This document shows positions 1-12,318 of a DNA stretch of 64,000 nt, in pieces. Under the pieces are notes generated by a model. That model was not told the origin of the DNA. It did not search any database and was given only the letters and a program-made list of their open reading frames with translations. Numbering within the stretch: position 1 is the stretch's first letter; each line of letters starts with the position of its first letter. The translations under genes were made by a program, and so were the position numbers. Origin of the DNA: Propionibacteriales bacterium. Its GTDB lineage: Bacteria > Actinomycetota > Actinomycetes > Propionibacteriales > Nocardioidaceae. Location: positions 6,209 through 70,208 of the forward strand of contig JBBPZH010000018.1 in the NCBI GenBank assembly GCA_038198965.1, in the 5' to 3' direction.

Positions 1-128
1 ACCTCTACGGCAAGACGGTGCGTCCTGGCCGCAAGGTCGGCCACGTCACGGCGTACGGCGACGATCTGGGCAACGTTCGCGAACGCGCGCGCCACGCCGC
101 CGGCTGGTTCGCCGGTACTGTCAGGTGA
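1..128 (+). CDS. purK: N5-carboxyaminoimidazole ribonucleotide synthase PurK, C-terminal fragment (5' end outside the window)
   Basis: The frame from nt 3 reads [48 protein letters not shown] matches the conserved PurK C-terminus. The TGA at 126-128 overlaps the purE GTG (GTGA coupling). Confidence 0.75.
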   Translation, partial: LYGKTVRPGRKVGHVTAYGDDLGNVRERARHAAGWFAGTVR

Positions 129-652
129 TGGACGCCGGGGCCGCGCCACAGGTCGGCATCGTGATGGGCTCTGACTCCGACTGGCCGACGATGTCAGCAG
201 CCGCCGAAGCACTGCAGGAGTTCGACGTCTCTTACGAGGCTGACGTGCTGTCGGCGCATCGAATGCCAGCGCAGATGCTCGACTATGGACGCGCAGCGGC
301 CGGCCGTGGCCTGCAGGTCATCGTCGCCGGCGCGGGAGGTGCGGCCCACCTTCCCGGCATGCTCGCAGCTGTCACGCCGTTGCCGGTGATCGGCGTACCC
401 GTGCCGCTCAAGCACCTTGACGGGTTGGATTCGTTGCTCTCGATCGTCCAGATGCCCGCCGGTGTCCCGGTGGCGACCGTCGCCATCGGCAACGCCCGCA
501 ACGCCGGCCTGCTCGCTGTCCGCATCCTGGCGGTCGGGGACGAACGGCTGCAACAGCGGATGCGCGACTTCCAAGCGCAGCTGGAGGACGCCGCGACTGC
601 CAACGGTGCCGTCGTCCGCTCGGCAGCCGCGACGCCAGCCACCGGTCATTAG
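125..652 (+). CDS. purE: 5-(carboxyamino)imidazole ribonucleotide mutase
   Basis: [14 protein letters not shown]...SAHRMP...[10 protein letters not shown]...PVIGVPV are textbook PurE motifs. The gene follows purK. Confidence 0.95.
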   Translation: MMDAGAAPQVGIVMGSDSDWPTMSAAAEALQEFDVSYEADVLSAHRMPAQMLDYGRAAAGRGLQVIVAGAGGAAHLPGMLAAVTPLPVIGVPVPLKHLDGLDSLLSIVQMPAGVPVATVAIGNARNAGLLAVRILAVGDERLQQRMRDFQAQLEDAATANGAVVRSAAATPATGH

Positions 653-682
653 CATCGGGCCCTCCCCGCGAACGGATCGACG

Positions 683-1918
683 ATGACCCCAGCTCCCTCC
701 ACCGTTTATCTGCACATCGGCCTGCACAAGACGGGCACGACGTACCTGCAGAACGTGCTGCGCGCCAACCGCGAACAGCTGCGAGCCCAAGACATCGACT
801 TCCCGGGTGGCCTCGGTGAGCCGGTGCAGGCGTTCGCCGTCTGGGACCTGCAGGGTCGCCGGCCACGAGGTGCTGATGACGCCCGGATCGCCGGCTCCTG
901 GGATGCGCTCGTGGCGGCGGTCAACACCGGCGGGTATCGAACCGCGCTGATCTCGGAGGAACGACTCAGCTTGTCGACGCCCAAACAGGTACGCAGGGCA
1001 GTGCGCTCGTTCCCGGACGCTGAGGTGCACGTCGTGGTGACTGTTCGAGACCTCGGGCGGGTGGCGGTGTCGGCCTGGCAGGAGGAGGTCAAGAACGATC
1101 AGACCTGGACCTGGCAGCAGTTCGTCGACGCCATCAAGGACTCCGAGCAGGTTGCGGTCAGCCCGGGGCGGGGTTTCTGGTTGCGGCAAGATGTGGCCGC
1201 TATCTGTGAGACGTGGGAGTCCGCCGTACCCGCGGAGCGGATCCACGTCATCACCGTGCCACAGTCGGGCAGCTCACCCGACGTCTTGTTGCGCCGCTTC
1301 GCTTCGGTTGTCGGGTTCGACGCGCAGGCGTTGACAAAGCAGCCGGCCTGGAACAACGAAACAGTGGGTGTGGCAGCCACCGAGGTCATTCGGCGGGTCA
1401 ACGAGAGGCTCGGTGGCCGCCTCAACCAGCGACAGTACGACCGGGTCGTCAAGCTAACGCTCGTTCAGATGCTGGCCAAGCGCACCGAGCCAGTGCGATT
1501 CACGCTGCCGCCCGAGGAACTGCTCTGGGTGCACGCGCGAGCCGAACAGATGATCGCGGCGTTGCAGGCGCGCGGCTACCCCGTCGAGGGCAACCTGGCC
1601 GAGCTGCTGCCTCAGCCAAGGACCGGTGGCCGTCGTCCCGACGACGCTTCAGACGACGAGCTGCTCGAGGCCTCTCTCGACGGGCTTGCACTGCTCGCCG
1701 AGCGCTACGCCACTTCGTGGTGGCAGCGCAAGCGGGCCGACATCGTCGAAGCGGCCACCGCACCGGCCGATCTCGGCAGCCGGGCCCGCGGTGCACTGTT
1801 CCGCAGCCAGCGGCGAGCCGCCGAGCTGGCTGACCGTAGCCCGACCGCCGCAAAGGCGCTGCACGCCGTCATGAAGACCCGCGACCGCGCCCGCAGGCGT
1901 GCGATCAACTCCCCTTGA
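683..1918 (+). CDS. sulfotransferase-family protein (putative)
   Basis: The N-terminal LHIGLHKTGTTYLQ resembles the PAPS 5'-phosphosulfate binding loop of sulfotransferases. The rest was not recognised. Confidence 0.45.
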   Translation: MTPAPSTVYLHIGLHKTGTTYLQNVLRANREQLRAQDIDFPGGLGEPVQAFAVWDLQGRRPRGADDARIAGSWDALVAAVNTGGYRTALISEERLSLSTPKQVRRAVRSFPDAEVHVVVTVRDLGRVAVSAWQEEVKNDQTWTWQQFVDAIKDSEQVAVSPGRGFWLRQDVAAICETWESAVPAERIHVITVPQSGSSPDVLLRRFASVVGFDAQALTKQPAWNNETVGVAATEVIRRVNERLGGRLNQRQYDRVVKLTLVQMLAKRTEPVRFTLPPEELLWVHARAEQMIAALQARGYPVEGNLAELLPQPRTGGRRPDDASDDELLEASLDGLALLAERYATSWWQRKRADIVEAATAPADLGSRARGALFRSQRRAAELADRSPTAAKALHAVMKTRDRARRRAINSP

Positions 1919-1969
1919 CCTGCTCGCGCGACCAATAACCCAGGGGCGCGGCGAGCCTAGGATTCCGAC

Positions 1970-3142
1970 GTGGGCGACGAGTTCCCGTTGTATGCGCTGT
2001 CGGTGGAGCATCGCGCCATCCGGGCCGCGGTCCGGGAGCTGTGCGAGGCAAGAGTCGCACCGTACGCCGCCGAGGTCGACGAGACCGGCCAGTTTCCCCA
2101 GGCGGCATACGAAGCCCTCGTCGCTGGCGACTTCCATGCGCCGCACATCCCGGAGGAGTACGGCGGCGCCAGCGCTGACGCACTTGCGACCTGCATCGTC
2201 ATCGAGGAGGTGGCGCGTGTCGATGCCTCGGCGTCGCTCATCCCCGCTGTCAACAAGCTAGGGAGCACGCCGTTGCAGCTGAGCGCCGATGAAGCGCTCA
2301 AGTCGACGTACCTTCCGCCCCTGGCGAGCGGTGCGGCGATGATCAGCTACTGCCTGTCTGAGCCGGAGGCGGGATCTGACGCGGCCGCGATGCGTACCCG
2401 GGCGGTCCGCGACGGTGGCGACTACGTGCTCAACGGCGTCAAGCGGTGGATCACGCACGCGGGCGTGTCGCAGTTCTACGCCGTGTTTGCCGTGACTGAC
2501 CCGGACGCGGAGAGCGGGCGGATCTCAGCGTTCCTCGTGGACAGGGACGACCCCGGCGTGTCGTTCGGCGCGCCGGAGAGAAAGCTCGGGATCAGAGGCT
2601 CACCGACCCGTGAGGTGTACCTCGACAGCGTTCGCATCCCGGCCGACCGGCTCATCGGAGCGGAAGGTTCAGGCTACGCCACTGCGATGCGGACGCTCGA
2701 CCACACGCGGGTGACGATCGGGGCGCAGGCTGTCGGGATCGCGCAGGGCGCCCTCGACTACGCGATCGGCTATCTGCAGGAGCGCCGGCAATTCGGCAGG
2801 CCGCTCGCTGAGTTCCAGGGCCTGCAGTTCATGGTGGCTGACATGGGCATGCGGCTGGAGGCCGCCCGTCAGCTCACCTACGCCGCAGCCGGCCGCGCGG
2901 AACGCGACGATCCGGACCTCGCGTTCTTCGGTGCGGCCGCCAAGTGCTTCGCCTCAGACGTGGCCATGCAGGTGACTACCGATGCCGTTCAGCTGCTCGG
3001 TGGCTATGGCTACACCCGCGACTACCCCGTCGAGCGGATGATGCGGGATGCAAAGATCACGCAGATCTACGAGGGCACCAACCAAATCCAGCGCATGGTG
3101 GCAGCTCGTCAGTTGCTCGACGGGGTTCAGAGCCGGCTCTAA
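1970..3142 (+). CDS. acyl-CoA dehydrogenase (FadE25-like)
   Basis: Full-length ACAD pattern: [38 protein letters not shown], and [10 protein letters not shown] near the C-terminus. Confidence 0.9.
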   Translation: MGDEFPLYALSVEHRAIRAAVRELCEARVAPYAAEVDETGQFPQAAYEALVAGDFHAPHIPEEYGGASADALATCIVIEEVARVDASASLIPAVNKLGSTPLQLSADEALKSTYLPPLASGAAMISYCLSEPEAGSDAAAMRTRAVRDGGDYVLNGVKRWITHAGVSQFYAVFAVTDPDAESGRISAFLVDRDDPGVSFGAPERKLGIRGSPTREVYLDSVRIPADRLIGAEGSGYATAMRTLDHTRVTIGAQAVGIAQGALDYAIGYLQERRQFGRPLAEFQGLQFMVADMGMRLEAARQLTYAAAGRAERDDPDLAFFGAAAKCFASDVAMQVTTDAVQLLGGYGYTRDYPVERMMRDAKITQIYEGTNQIQRMVAARQLLDGVQSRL

Positions 3143-3144
3143 GA

Positions 3145-4536
3145 TCACTGCGGCGCGCAATGCGCTTTGGAGGTGTTCCCGGAGCGGATCGCGGCGAAGA
3201 GGGCGTGAGCGCGCTGCTGATCCCAGATGACAGACGACCCCGCCGACGTCACCGCCCCAAGATTGGAGTACGGGACCACGCAGCGCTTGGTATTGCCGCC
3301 GCCGACGTGCGCCATCGCCCAGGCGAAGCGAACCACGTCGAGCGGGCTGACGTCTTTGCCAACCTGGACGGCCTCCGACCCCGCCTTGTTCAGTGCGAAG
3401 TAGCGCCAAGGCAGCAACACCGTTTTCCAGGAGGCCGCTGAGCTGCCTACGGCTCCGATGACCTCGCGTTGGTGCAACGCGCGGGTGATGTCGCCGTTCG
3501 GGAAGGCTCGAGAGCGTGCGTAGTCAAGGGCAGTGTGCCCGTCGACGTGCTGGCAGCCCTTGTGCATCCGCAGATGGCCGGCCTTCGGGTCGTTGATCGA
3601 GGTCTTCGGGCAGACGTGGATGCCGCCCACGGCATCCACGAGGTCGACGAATCCCGCAAAGCCGATTTCGATGTAGTTGTCGATCCGGATGTGCGTCGCC
3701 TTTTCAACGGTATGCACCAGCAGGTCTGGCCCACCGATGGAGTAGGCGGCGTTGATCTTGTTCTGCCCGTGGCCGGGGATGTTTAGGAAGGAGTCGCGGG
3801 GGATCGACAGCAGCAGCGTGGGGCCCGAGTCGGGTACGTCCAGCAAGATGATGGTGTCGGTGCGTTGACCAGCCGCAGAGCCGGTTCCGAGATCCTTTTT
3901 CTGGCCTTTGCTGAGGCCGGCGCGGCTGTCTGATCCGACCAAGAGATACGTCGTCCCCGCCGTGTCGGGCGGTCGATGGCCGGCCGGCTCGGCATCCACC
4001 TTCGCGATCCGGGACCAAGCCCAGATCGGCACGGCGACCAGGAAGACGAGCCAGGCAACCAGTAGCAACAGCAAGATCCGCAGCCATGGGGGACGTCCTC
4101 GGGCTGGTGGCGACGCGCTGGCGGACGACCCCACACTCCGAGTAGGTGGACCCGGCCGCTGACCGGGAGGCGCTGTCCGACTGGTGGGGGTCGAGGATCC
4201 CAGTGGGCCACCTCCAGGCGAGAGCGGAGGTGGTGCAAATCGAGGCGGCTCGGTGCGCCCGGACGGACCCGTATACGTTCCGCCGAACGTGCGTGGCGAC
4301 GGCTCCGCGCTGGTCCCGGAGAGGCCGGCAGCGGCGAGCGGCCGGGTAGCGGAGGGATCGACCGGCTCGGGCCAGTCGGCCGCTCGCGTAGCCGGTGCGT
4401 CGTTCAGGTCGTCGGCTGGCGTGGGTGGTGTGGCTTGCGTCTCGTCCGGCACCCCCGGCCCGGGGGGAGGCGGCGACCCACCCGCACCGTAGAGCCAGTC
4501 GTACGCCGGCTCGTCGGGCCGTGGAGCGTCGGGCAT
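3145..4536 (-). CDS. LytR-CpsA-Psr (LCP) family cell-wall glycopolymer ligase
   Basis: Pro-rich cytoplasmic N-terminus and one TM helix (WLRILLLLLVAWLVFLVAV). LCP core: LLVGSDSR...RTDTIILLDVP...LLSIPRDS...KINAAY. Confidence 0.9.
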   Translation of the reverse strand: MPDAPRPDEPAYDWLYGAGGSPPPPGPGVPDETQATPPTPADDLNDAPATRAADWPEPVDPSATRPLAAAGLSGTSAEPSPRTFGGTYTGPSGRTEPPRFAPPPLSPGGGPLGSSTPTSRTAPPGQRPGPPTRSVGSSASASPPARGRPPWLRILLLLLVAWLVFLVAVPIWAWSRIAKVDAEPAGHRPPDTAGTTYLLVGSDSRAGLSKGQKKDLGTGSAAGQRTDTIILLDVPDSGPTLLLSIPRDSFLNIPGHGQNKINAAYSIGGPDLLVHTVEKATHIRIDNYIEIGFAGFVDLVDAVGGIHVCPKTSINDPKAGHLRMHKGCQHVDGHTALDYARSRAFPNGDITRALHQREVIGAVGSSAASWKTVLLPWRYFALNKAGSEAVQVGKDVSPLDVVRFAWAMAHVGGGNTKRCVVPYSNLGAVTSAGSSVIWDQQRAHALFAAIRSGNTSKAHCAPQ

Positions 4537-4657
4537 GGAACCACGCTACTCGTCCGAAAGGCAGCGGCCAGGTAACGGGAGTGACTGCAGTGGTGATCCA
4601 GGAGGTGCTGCGGGCGACACCCGCAGCGATCGCCGGGCACCGCGTAATGTGCACGAG

Positions 4658-5593
4658 GTGACAGGCAAGTCGCGGGTGATCGCGGTCCTCGTCACCTGGA
4701 ACCGCGTCGCCCTGCTCGCTGAGTCGCTGGAGGCCTTACGGCGACAGACGGCATACCTCCACAACATCGTGGTGGTCGACAACGCGTCCGACGACGGTAC
4801 CCCGGATTTCCTGCAACGGGGCCTTCCCGACGTCGACGTCGTCCGCGCCCGGCGGAACACCGGTGGCTCCGGCGGGTTCGCACTGGGACTCGACCGCGCC
4901 CTGCGGATCGGATGCGACGCCGTGTGGCTGCTGGATGACGACACCGTGCCCACCGTCACGGCGCTGGAGAACCTGCTCGACAGCACGGACGCATACCCCG
5001 GGGAGCGTCCGGTGCTGGTCGCGTCCCGGGTGGTGTGGTCCGACGGCCGCGACCACCCGATGAACACCCCTCGACCAAAGCCTGGTGCACGGCGACGGGA
5101 GCGGCGGGCGGCGGCAGCGGTGGGCTGTGTGCCCATCCGCTCGGCGTCATTCGTGTCGATTCTCGTGGACGCGGCGGCGGTCGCCGCGAGCGGTCTTCCG
5201 CTCGCCGCTTACTTCTTGTGGAACGACGACTTCGAGTTCACCACCCGGGTGATTCGCGGTCGACGGGCGCTCTACTGCCCAGCGTCGGTCGTCGTTCACA
5301 AAACCGCCACGTTCGGCTCCACGGACGCCGATCCGGGGAAGCGGTTCTACTACGAGGTGCGCAACAAGGTCTGGCTGTTCAGCCGCTCCAGCGGACTCAA
5401 CCCGGCTGAGAAGCTGGTGTACGGGGGCGCCACGCTGCGGCGGTGGGCACGCACGCTGGCCACGTCCTCAGATCGCTCCACGGTGTGGCACGCCTTGGGC
5501 CGAGGTGTTCGCGACGGCGTGCGAAGCGGTCCCCGGCCCACCGCTGAGGTGCTGGCGTCAGCGGGATCCCCGGAGAGCGGCGGAGATGGCTGA
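4658..5593 (+). CDS. glycosyltransferase family 2 (GlfT1/rhamnosyltransferase-like)
   Basis: The in-frame GTG at 4658 gives VTGKSRVIAVLVTWNR...VVVDNASDDGT...NTGGSGGF...LLDDD, a GT-A fold with a DxD motif. The ORF-track start at 4535 adds an unlikely Arg/Gly-rich leader. Confidence 0.75.
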   Translation: MTGKSRVIAVLVTWNRVALLAESLEALRRQTAYLHNIVVVDNASDDGTPDFLQRGLPDVDVVRARRNTGGSGGFALGLDRALRIGCDAVWLLDDDTVPTVTALENLLDSTDAYPGERPVLVASRVVWSDGRDHPMNTPRPKPGARRRERRAAAAVGCVPIRSASFVSILVDAAAVAASGLPLAAYFLWNDDFEFTTRVIRGRRALYCPASVVVHKTATFGSTDADPGKRFYYEVRNKVWLFSRSSGLNPAEKLVYGGATLRRWARTLATSSDRSTVWHALGRGVRDGVRSGPRPTAEVLASAGSPESGGDG

Positions 5594-6428
5594 GCAGTTC
5601 AGCTTGCTGATGAGCGTGTACGGCGGCGACCAGCCAGCGTTTCTCGAGGCGGCGTTCCGCTCGGTGGTGCAGGAGCAGACCCGCCCGCCCGACGACGTCG
5701 TGCTCGTGCAGGACGGACCGGTGCCCGAGCCGCTCGTCGCCACGATCAACCGGCTGATCGAGACGTCTCCGGCGCCCACCACACTGCTTGCCTTGGCGGA
5801 CAACGTCGGGCTCGGGCTGGCGTTGGACAAGGGTCTGGCCGCCTGTGCGCACGACATCGTGGCCCGGATGGACGCCGACGACATCGCGTTGCCCCAGCGC
5901 TTCTCGGTGCAGGTGCCGATCATCGAGCGGGGTGTCGACCTGGTGGGCTCGTCGCTGCTGGAGTTCGACATGTCGCCGGACGACGTCGTCGGCAGGCGAG
6001 TTCCGCCGATCGAGCCTGCCGAGATCGTGCGTTACTCACGGTTCCACCAGCCCTTCAACCACCCCACCGTCGTCTACCGGAGGTCGGTGGTCCAGGCCGC
6101 GGGAGGTTACCGGCATCTGGCGCTGATGGAGGACTACCTGCTGTTCGCGAAGATGATCGGGCAAGGCGCACGCGTCGCCAACGTGGCCGAGCCACTGGTG
6201 CTGTATCGCGTGGGCGCCGGCGCCTACGCACGACGCGGGGGTGTCGCGATGGCAAAGACCGAGTGGCGGTTGCAGCGGGAGCTGCGCGACCTGGGCTTCA
6301 CCACGCGGGCCCAATTCGCCCGCAACGTTGCGGTCAGGGGTGGTTACCGGTTGGTCCCGGAGCGCATTCGGCGGACGGCGTACCGCAGAATCGTGGCGCG
6401 CAAAGGTGAGCAATGGGGTCGACTTTGA
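5586..6428 (+). CDS. glycosyltransferase family 2
   Basis: MAEQFSLLMSVYGGDQPAFLEAAFRSV...VLVQDGP...ARMDADDIALPQRF. The ATG at 5586 overlaps the upstream stop by 8 nt. Confidence 0.75.
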   Translation: MAEQFSLLMSVYGGDQPAFLEAAFRSVVQEQTRPPDDVVLVQDGPVPEPLVATINRLIETSPAPTTLLALADNVGLGLALDKGLAACAHDIVARMDADDIALPQRFSVQVPIIERGVDLVGSSLLEFDMSPDDVVGRRVPPIEPAEIVRYSRFHQPFNHPTVVYRRSVVQAAGGYRHLALMEDYLLFAKMIGQGARVANVAEPLVLYRVGAGAYARRGGVAMAKTEWRLQRELRDLGFTTRAQFARNVAVRGGYRLVPERIRRTAYRRIVARKGEQWGRL

Positions 6429-8541
<2,113 letters not shown>

Positions 8542-8542
<1 letters not shown>

Positions 8543-9285
8543 TGAGCACGTCGGTGGTCGTCAACCATGTCACCAAGCGGTTCAAGGTCTCGAACCAGAA
8601 GACACTGAAGAAGCTCCTGGTCAACGCGACCAAGGGCCGCCAGCTCTCGGATTCCTTCACCGCCCTCGACGACATCTCCTTCACGCTGGAGCAGGGCGAC
8701 AGCATCGGGCTGATGGGCCTCAACGGCTCAGGCAAGAGCACGCTGCTCAAGCTGATCTCGGGCGTGATGGCCCCAGACTCCGGGGAGGTCTTGGCCCGTG
8801 GCCGGATCGCGGGGCTCATCGAGGTGGGGGCGGGGATGGCGCCGGACCTCTCGGGCCGCGACAACATCTTCCTCAACGGTGCGATTCTCGGCATGAGCGA
8901 GGAGGAGATTCACCGGAAGTTTGACGACATCGTCGGGTTCTCTGAGATGGAGCGATTCCTCGACCGGGAGGTCCGCAGCTACTCCTCCGGCCAGTTCGCC
9001 CGGCTCGCTTTCTCGATCGCCGTGCACACCGAGTGCGACATCTTCTTGATGGACGAGATGCTCGCGGTGGGCGACCAGCCGTTCAAGCGCAAGTGCATGA
9101 AGCGCATCCGCCGGCTCAAAGAAGAGGGCCGCACGATGATCTTCGTCAGCCACAACCCCAAGCAGGTGGTCAATCTGTGTGACCGAGGGCTGGTGCTCAA
9201 AGCCGGCCAGCTGGCGTTCGAGGGCACGTCCGAAGAGGCGGTCAGGGCGCTGGGCTACTCACTCGACGACGAAGAGGACGACTGA
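8542..9285 (+). CDS. ABC transporter ATP-binding protein (Wzt/RfbE/TagH-like)
   Basis: Walker A GLNGSGKST, signature YSSGQFARLAF, Walker B IFLMDE. The ATG overlaps the permease stop (TGATG). Confidence 0.9.
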
Positions 9286-9307
9286 CGACAAATCGATGGC
9301 GTCAGAT

Positions 9308-10327
9308 CTACGAGGACGCGTCTGTCGTCCCGGGGGGTGGCACGTCCGGACTGCCGTGGATCGGCTCCCATGCCTCCCACGCAGAGTCCACCATCTCGGC
9401 GAGGGTTTTGCTGCTCTCCCAGCCCATGACCTCGCGCATCCGGCTGACGTCGGCGACCAGCATGGCGGGGTCGCCCGGACGACGGTCGACCACGGGTGCG
9501 TCGACGGCGTACCCGGTGGTGGCAGCGATCTGGTCGAGCACCTCGGTGACCGAGGCCCCGGCGCCCGTACCGACGTTGAAGATGGTGTGCGGCCGCTCGT
9601 CGCGGTCGAGGTAGTCAAGTGTCGTCAGGTGCGCCTCTGCGAGATCCAAGATGTGCACGTAGTCGCGGATGCAGGTGCCGTCAGGGGTGTCGTAGTCGTC
9701 CCCGAACACCTTGGGTTGCTCGCCGGAGGTCAATGCCTGAAGTGCGATCGGGATGAGGTTGAGGACCGCCGGGTCGCCCAGCTCCGGCCAGCCGGAACCG
9801 GCGACGTTGAAGTAACGCAGCCCGGCCCAGCGCAGTCCCCACGCAGAAGCCGCGTCACGGCACATCCACTCACAGATCAGCTTGGTCTCGCCGTACGGAC
9901 TGATCGGGCGGCACGTCACCTCTTCATCGAGCAGCGTGCCGGCGGGCACGTCAGGCAGCCCGTACGTCGCCGCCGACGAGCTGAACATCAGCTTGCCCAC
10001 CTCGGCGGTCTCCATCGCCATCAGCAGGTTGGCCATCCCGCCGACGTTCTGGCGGAAGTACCACGCAGGCTTCTCTGCGGACTCACCGACCTGCTTCTTG
10101 GCAGCGATGTGTACGACCGCGCCGACGGCGTACTCGCGCATCATGGCGCTCAGCTTGTCCACTGCGTCGTCGGCGGCCAGGTCGATCTGCACCAGGGGTG
10201 CGTCGCTCACTCGAGACGGCGTACCGGTGCTGAGGTCGTCGGCGACGACGGTGTCTCCTCGCTCGCTGAGTAGGCGTACGACGTGGGCGCCGATGTAGCC
10301 GGCGCCGCCGGTGACGAGAACGCTCAT
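9308..10327 (-). CDS. galE: UDP-glucose 4-epimerase
   Basis: The internal Met at 10327 gives MSVLVTGGAGYIGAHVV...SSSAATYG...YGETK..., a short-chain epimerase. The upstream 41 codons of the ORF look non-coding. Confidence 0.9.
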   Translation of the reverse strand: MSVLVTGGAGYIGAHVVRLLSERGDTVVADDLSTGTPSRVSDAPLVQIDLAADDAVDKLSAMMREYAVGAVVHIAAKKQVGESAEKPAWYFRQNVGGMANLLMAMETAEVGKLMFSSSAATYGLPDVPAGTLLDEEVTCRPISPYGETKLICEWMCRDAASAWGLRWAGLRYFNVAGSGWPELGDPAVLNLIPIALQALTSGEQPKVFGDDYDTPDGTCIRDYVHILDLAEAHLTTLDYLDRDERPHTIFNVGTGAGASVTEVLDQIAATTGYAVDAPVVDRRPGDPAMLVADVSRMREVMGWESSKTLAEMVDSAWEAWEPIHGSPDVPPPGTTDASS

Positions 10328-10404
10328 AGCTGTCAGCCTAACGGCGCTGAACCGCCCGGCTGCCCAGGGCGACCATCCGAGCAGTCGGCTCGTCCAATGG
10401 TTGG

Positions 10405-11442
10405 ATGACGGCCGTGGAAGCGGTGATCGTCGCGGGCGGGCTCGGCACACGTCTGCTGCCCCTCACCGAGTCGCGGCCCAAACACCTGCTTCCGGTCGCC
10501 GGCGTCCCCCTTGTCGTCCACCAACTGGCCAAGTTGGCGGCGGCCGGCATCGACAGGGTGGTACTGGCGACGAGCTACCGGGCCGACATGTTCAAGCCGG
10601 TGCTCGGCGACGGTCAGCAGTGGGGAATCGATCTGGTGTACATCAAAGAGACCGAACCGCTGGGCACCGGGGGTGCGATCCGGAACGCCGCCAGCGAGCT
10701 CGGGTCAGCGGCCGGCGAGCCTGTCGTCGTCCTCAACGGCGACATCCTGAGCGGGCACGACCTGCAGGGGCAGGTCGACAGCTTCCGAGCCGCAGCTGCC
10801 GACGTCTCTCTGCATCTCGTGGAACTGCCGGATCCACGTGCCTTCGGCTGCGTTCCGACGGACGAAACCGGCAGGGTCATGGCGTTCATCGAGAAGTCGC
10901 AGAGCCCGGTGTCCTCGCAGATCAACGCTGGCTGCTATGTCTTCCGCCGAGACATCATCGACCGTATTCCTGTGGGCGAGGTGGTGTCGGTGGAGCGGCA
11001 GACGTTTCCTGAGCTGCTGCTGTCCGGCTGCCGGCTAATGGGTCACCTCGATGACGCGTACTGGATCGACATAGGGACGCCACCAGCGCTGTGCCGAGCC
11101 TCCGCCGACGTGGTGCTGGGGGTGGCGGCCAGCCCCGCCTACCGATCTGCCCCAGCCGAGTACTGGTGTGCGAACAATGCCTGCATCGACGCGACGGCGA
11201 GCGTTGTGGGAGGCAGCTCGATCGGGCCGCACAGCGCCGTGGCAGACGGTGCCGAAGTCCGCCGCAGTGTCGTCTTCGCTGACGTGGCCGTCGGCAGTGC
11301 GGCGGTGGTAGTCGATTCGGTGATCGGGGCAGGCGCCACTATCGGCGTACACGCCGTGCTGCGCGAGTGCGTGCTCGCAGACGGAGTCGTGGTGCCGGCT
11401 GGGGCGTCACCACGTCCGGGCAGCCACCTGTCCCATTCCTGA
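10405..11442 (+). CDS. NDP-sugar pyrophosphorylase (mannose-1-phosphate guanylyltransferase-like)
   Basis: VIVAGGLGTRLLPLTESRPKHLLPV nucleotidyltransferase loop plus a C-terminal hexapeptide-repeat-like region. Confidence 0.8.
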   Translation: MTAVEAVIVAGGLGTRLLPLTESRPKHLLPVAGVPLVVHQLAKLAAAGIDRVVLATSYRADMFKPVLGDGQQWGIDLVYIKETEPLGTGGAIRNAASELGSAAGEPVVVLNGDILSGHDLQGQVDSFRAAAADVSLHLVELPDPRAFGCVPTDETGRVMAFIEKSQSPVSSQINAGCYVFRRDIIDRIPVGEVVSVERQTFPELLLSGCRLMGHLDDAYWIDIGTPPALCRASADVVLGVAASPAYRSAPAEYWCANNACIDATASVVGGSSIGPHSAVADGAEVRRSVVFADVAVGSAAVVVDSVIGAGATIGVHAVLRECVLADGVVVPAGASPRPGSHLSHS

Positions 11443-11494
11443 GCGATCGGCGACAGCTCAGTGGAAGTGGGGGCACCGATCCGGCGCCGGCGGA

Positions 11495-12265
11495 TCATTG
11501 GTGCCAGAGATAGCCCTCCGGCGCGTCGTCGTACGGGAACCTCTTCATGAAGGCGGTCAGCACGGCACCCGAGAACGATGTGCAGTACTGGCTCTCGCCG
11601 TACGACGGCGGCTGCTTGTTGCTGGTGGGTGCCGAGTAGACAGGTTGGTGGATCGACCAATGCGTGATGGCGATGTGCTTGCCGTCGGGAATGGGCCTGC
11701 CCTCACCGTCCTTGGACGTCCACGGCGCGATGATCATGTTGTAGCTGGGGTCATTGCCGTGCGCGTCGAACTTCGCGGCTGTGGCCGTGAGCGCCTGCAT
11801 CTGGGTGCTGTTGGCGGCCACCGAGTCGTCGTACCACACGATCGTCCAGCCGTGCTCGAGGTTGTGGACGAGAACTTCAACGGGAGGCCGATCGGCGGCG
11901 GTGAAGAAGTGCTTGCCGCTGCTGTCGGGCGTCGGGTTGTGCGGGCCGAACGCCGGCGGCACCGTGTCGTAGTGCACGGGGGTGCTCACGTGATCGCCTT
12001 GGCCCGTCGCGTTCTGCTGCTGCACCGACGTGCAGCCGGCGCTCTGCGCAGTTGCGCCGAGACTTGTCACCGACGTGTTGGACAGCTCGGCCTGGGCCTG
12101 CTGGTTCTTCCAGACCTGATAGCCAGCCAGGCCCACCACGACCAGCGCGATCGTGGCACACACGGCGATGACCGTGAGCGTGCGTTTGCGTTCGGCAGCC
12201 TTCGCCTCACGCTGCATTTGCTCCACGACCGCCCGGCGTTCGCGGTTCTTGTTCGACTTGCTCAC
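11495..12265 (-). CDS. DUF3105-type membrane-anchored protein
   Basis: The GTG at 12265 gives VSKSNKNRERRAVVEQMQRE..., one TM helix, then HYDTVPPAFGPHN...VHNLEHGWTIVWYDD. The upstream part of the 430-aa ORF is an Arg-rich shadow. Confidence 0.7.
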   Translation of the reverse strand: MSKSNKNRERRAVVEQMQREAKAAERKRTLTVIAVCATIALVVVGLAGYQVWKNQQAQAELSNTSVTSLGATAQSAGCTSVQQQNATGQGDHVSTPVHYDTVPPAFGPHNPTPDSSGKHFFTAADRPPVEVLVHNLEHGWTIVWYDDSVAANSTQMQALTATAAKFDAHGNDPSYNMIIAPWTSKDGEGRPIPDGKHIAITHWSIHQPVYSAPTSNKQPPSYGESQYCTSFSGAVLTAFMKRFPYDDAPEGYLWHQ

Positions 12266-12318
12266 GGAGGTGCGTCCTTGGTGGCGATACGGCGGGTGGC
12301 GGCTCTCGTCACCTGAGT

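Noticed and set aside
194-1246. Long antisense or alternative-frame ORFs throughout the window (for example 194-1246 -, 6501-7604 -, 12338-13588 +, 22393-23442 -, 28279-29790 -, 30049-32457 -, 44855-46048 -, 57760-59193 -).
   Set aside because: They overlap genes with unmistakable family signatures on the other strand or frame. Their translations are Arg/Pro/Gly/Ala-rich low-complexity strings, typical of stop-codon-poor shadow frames in high-G+C DNA.
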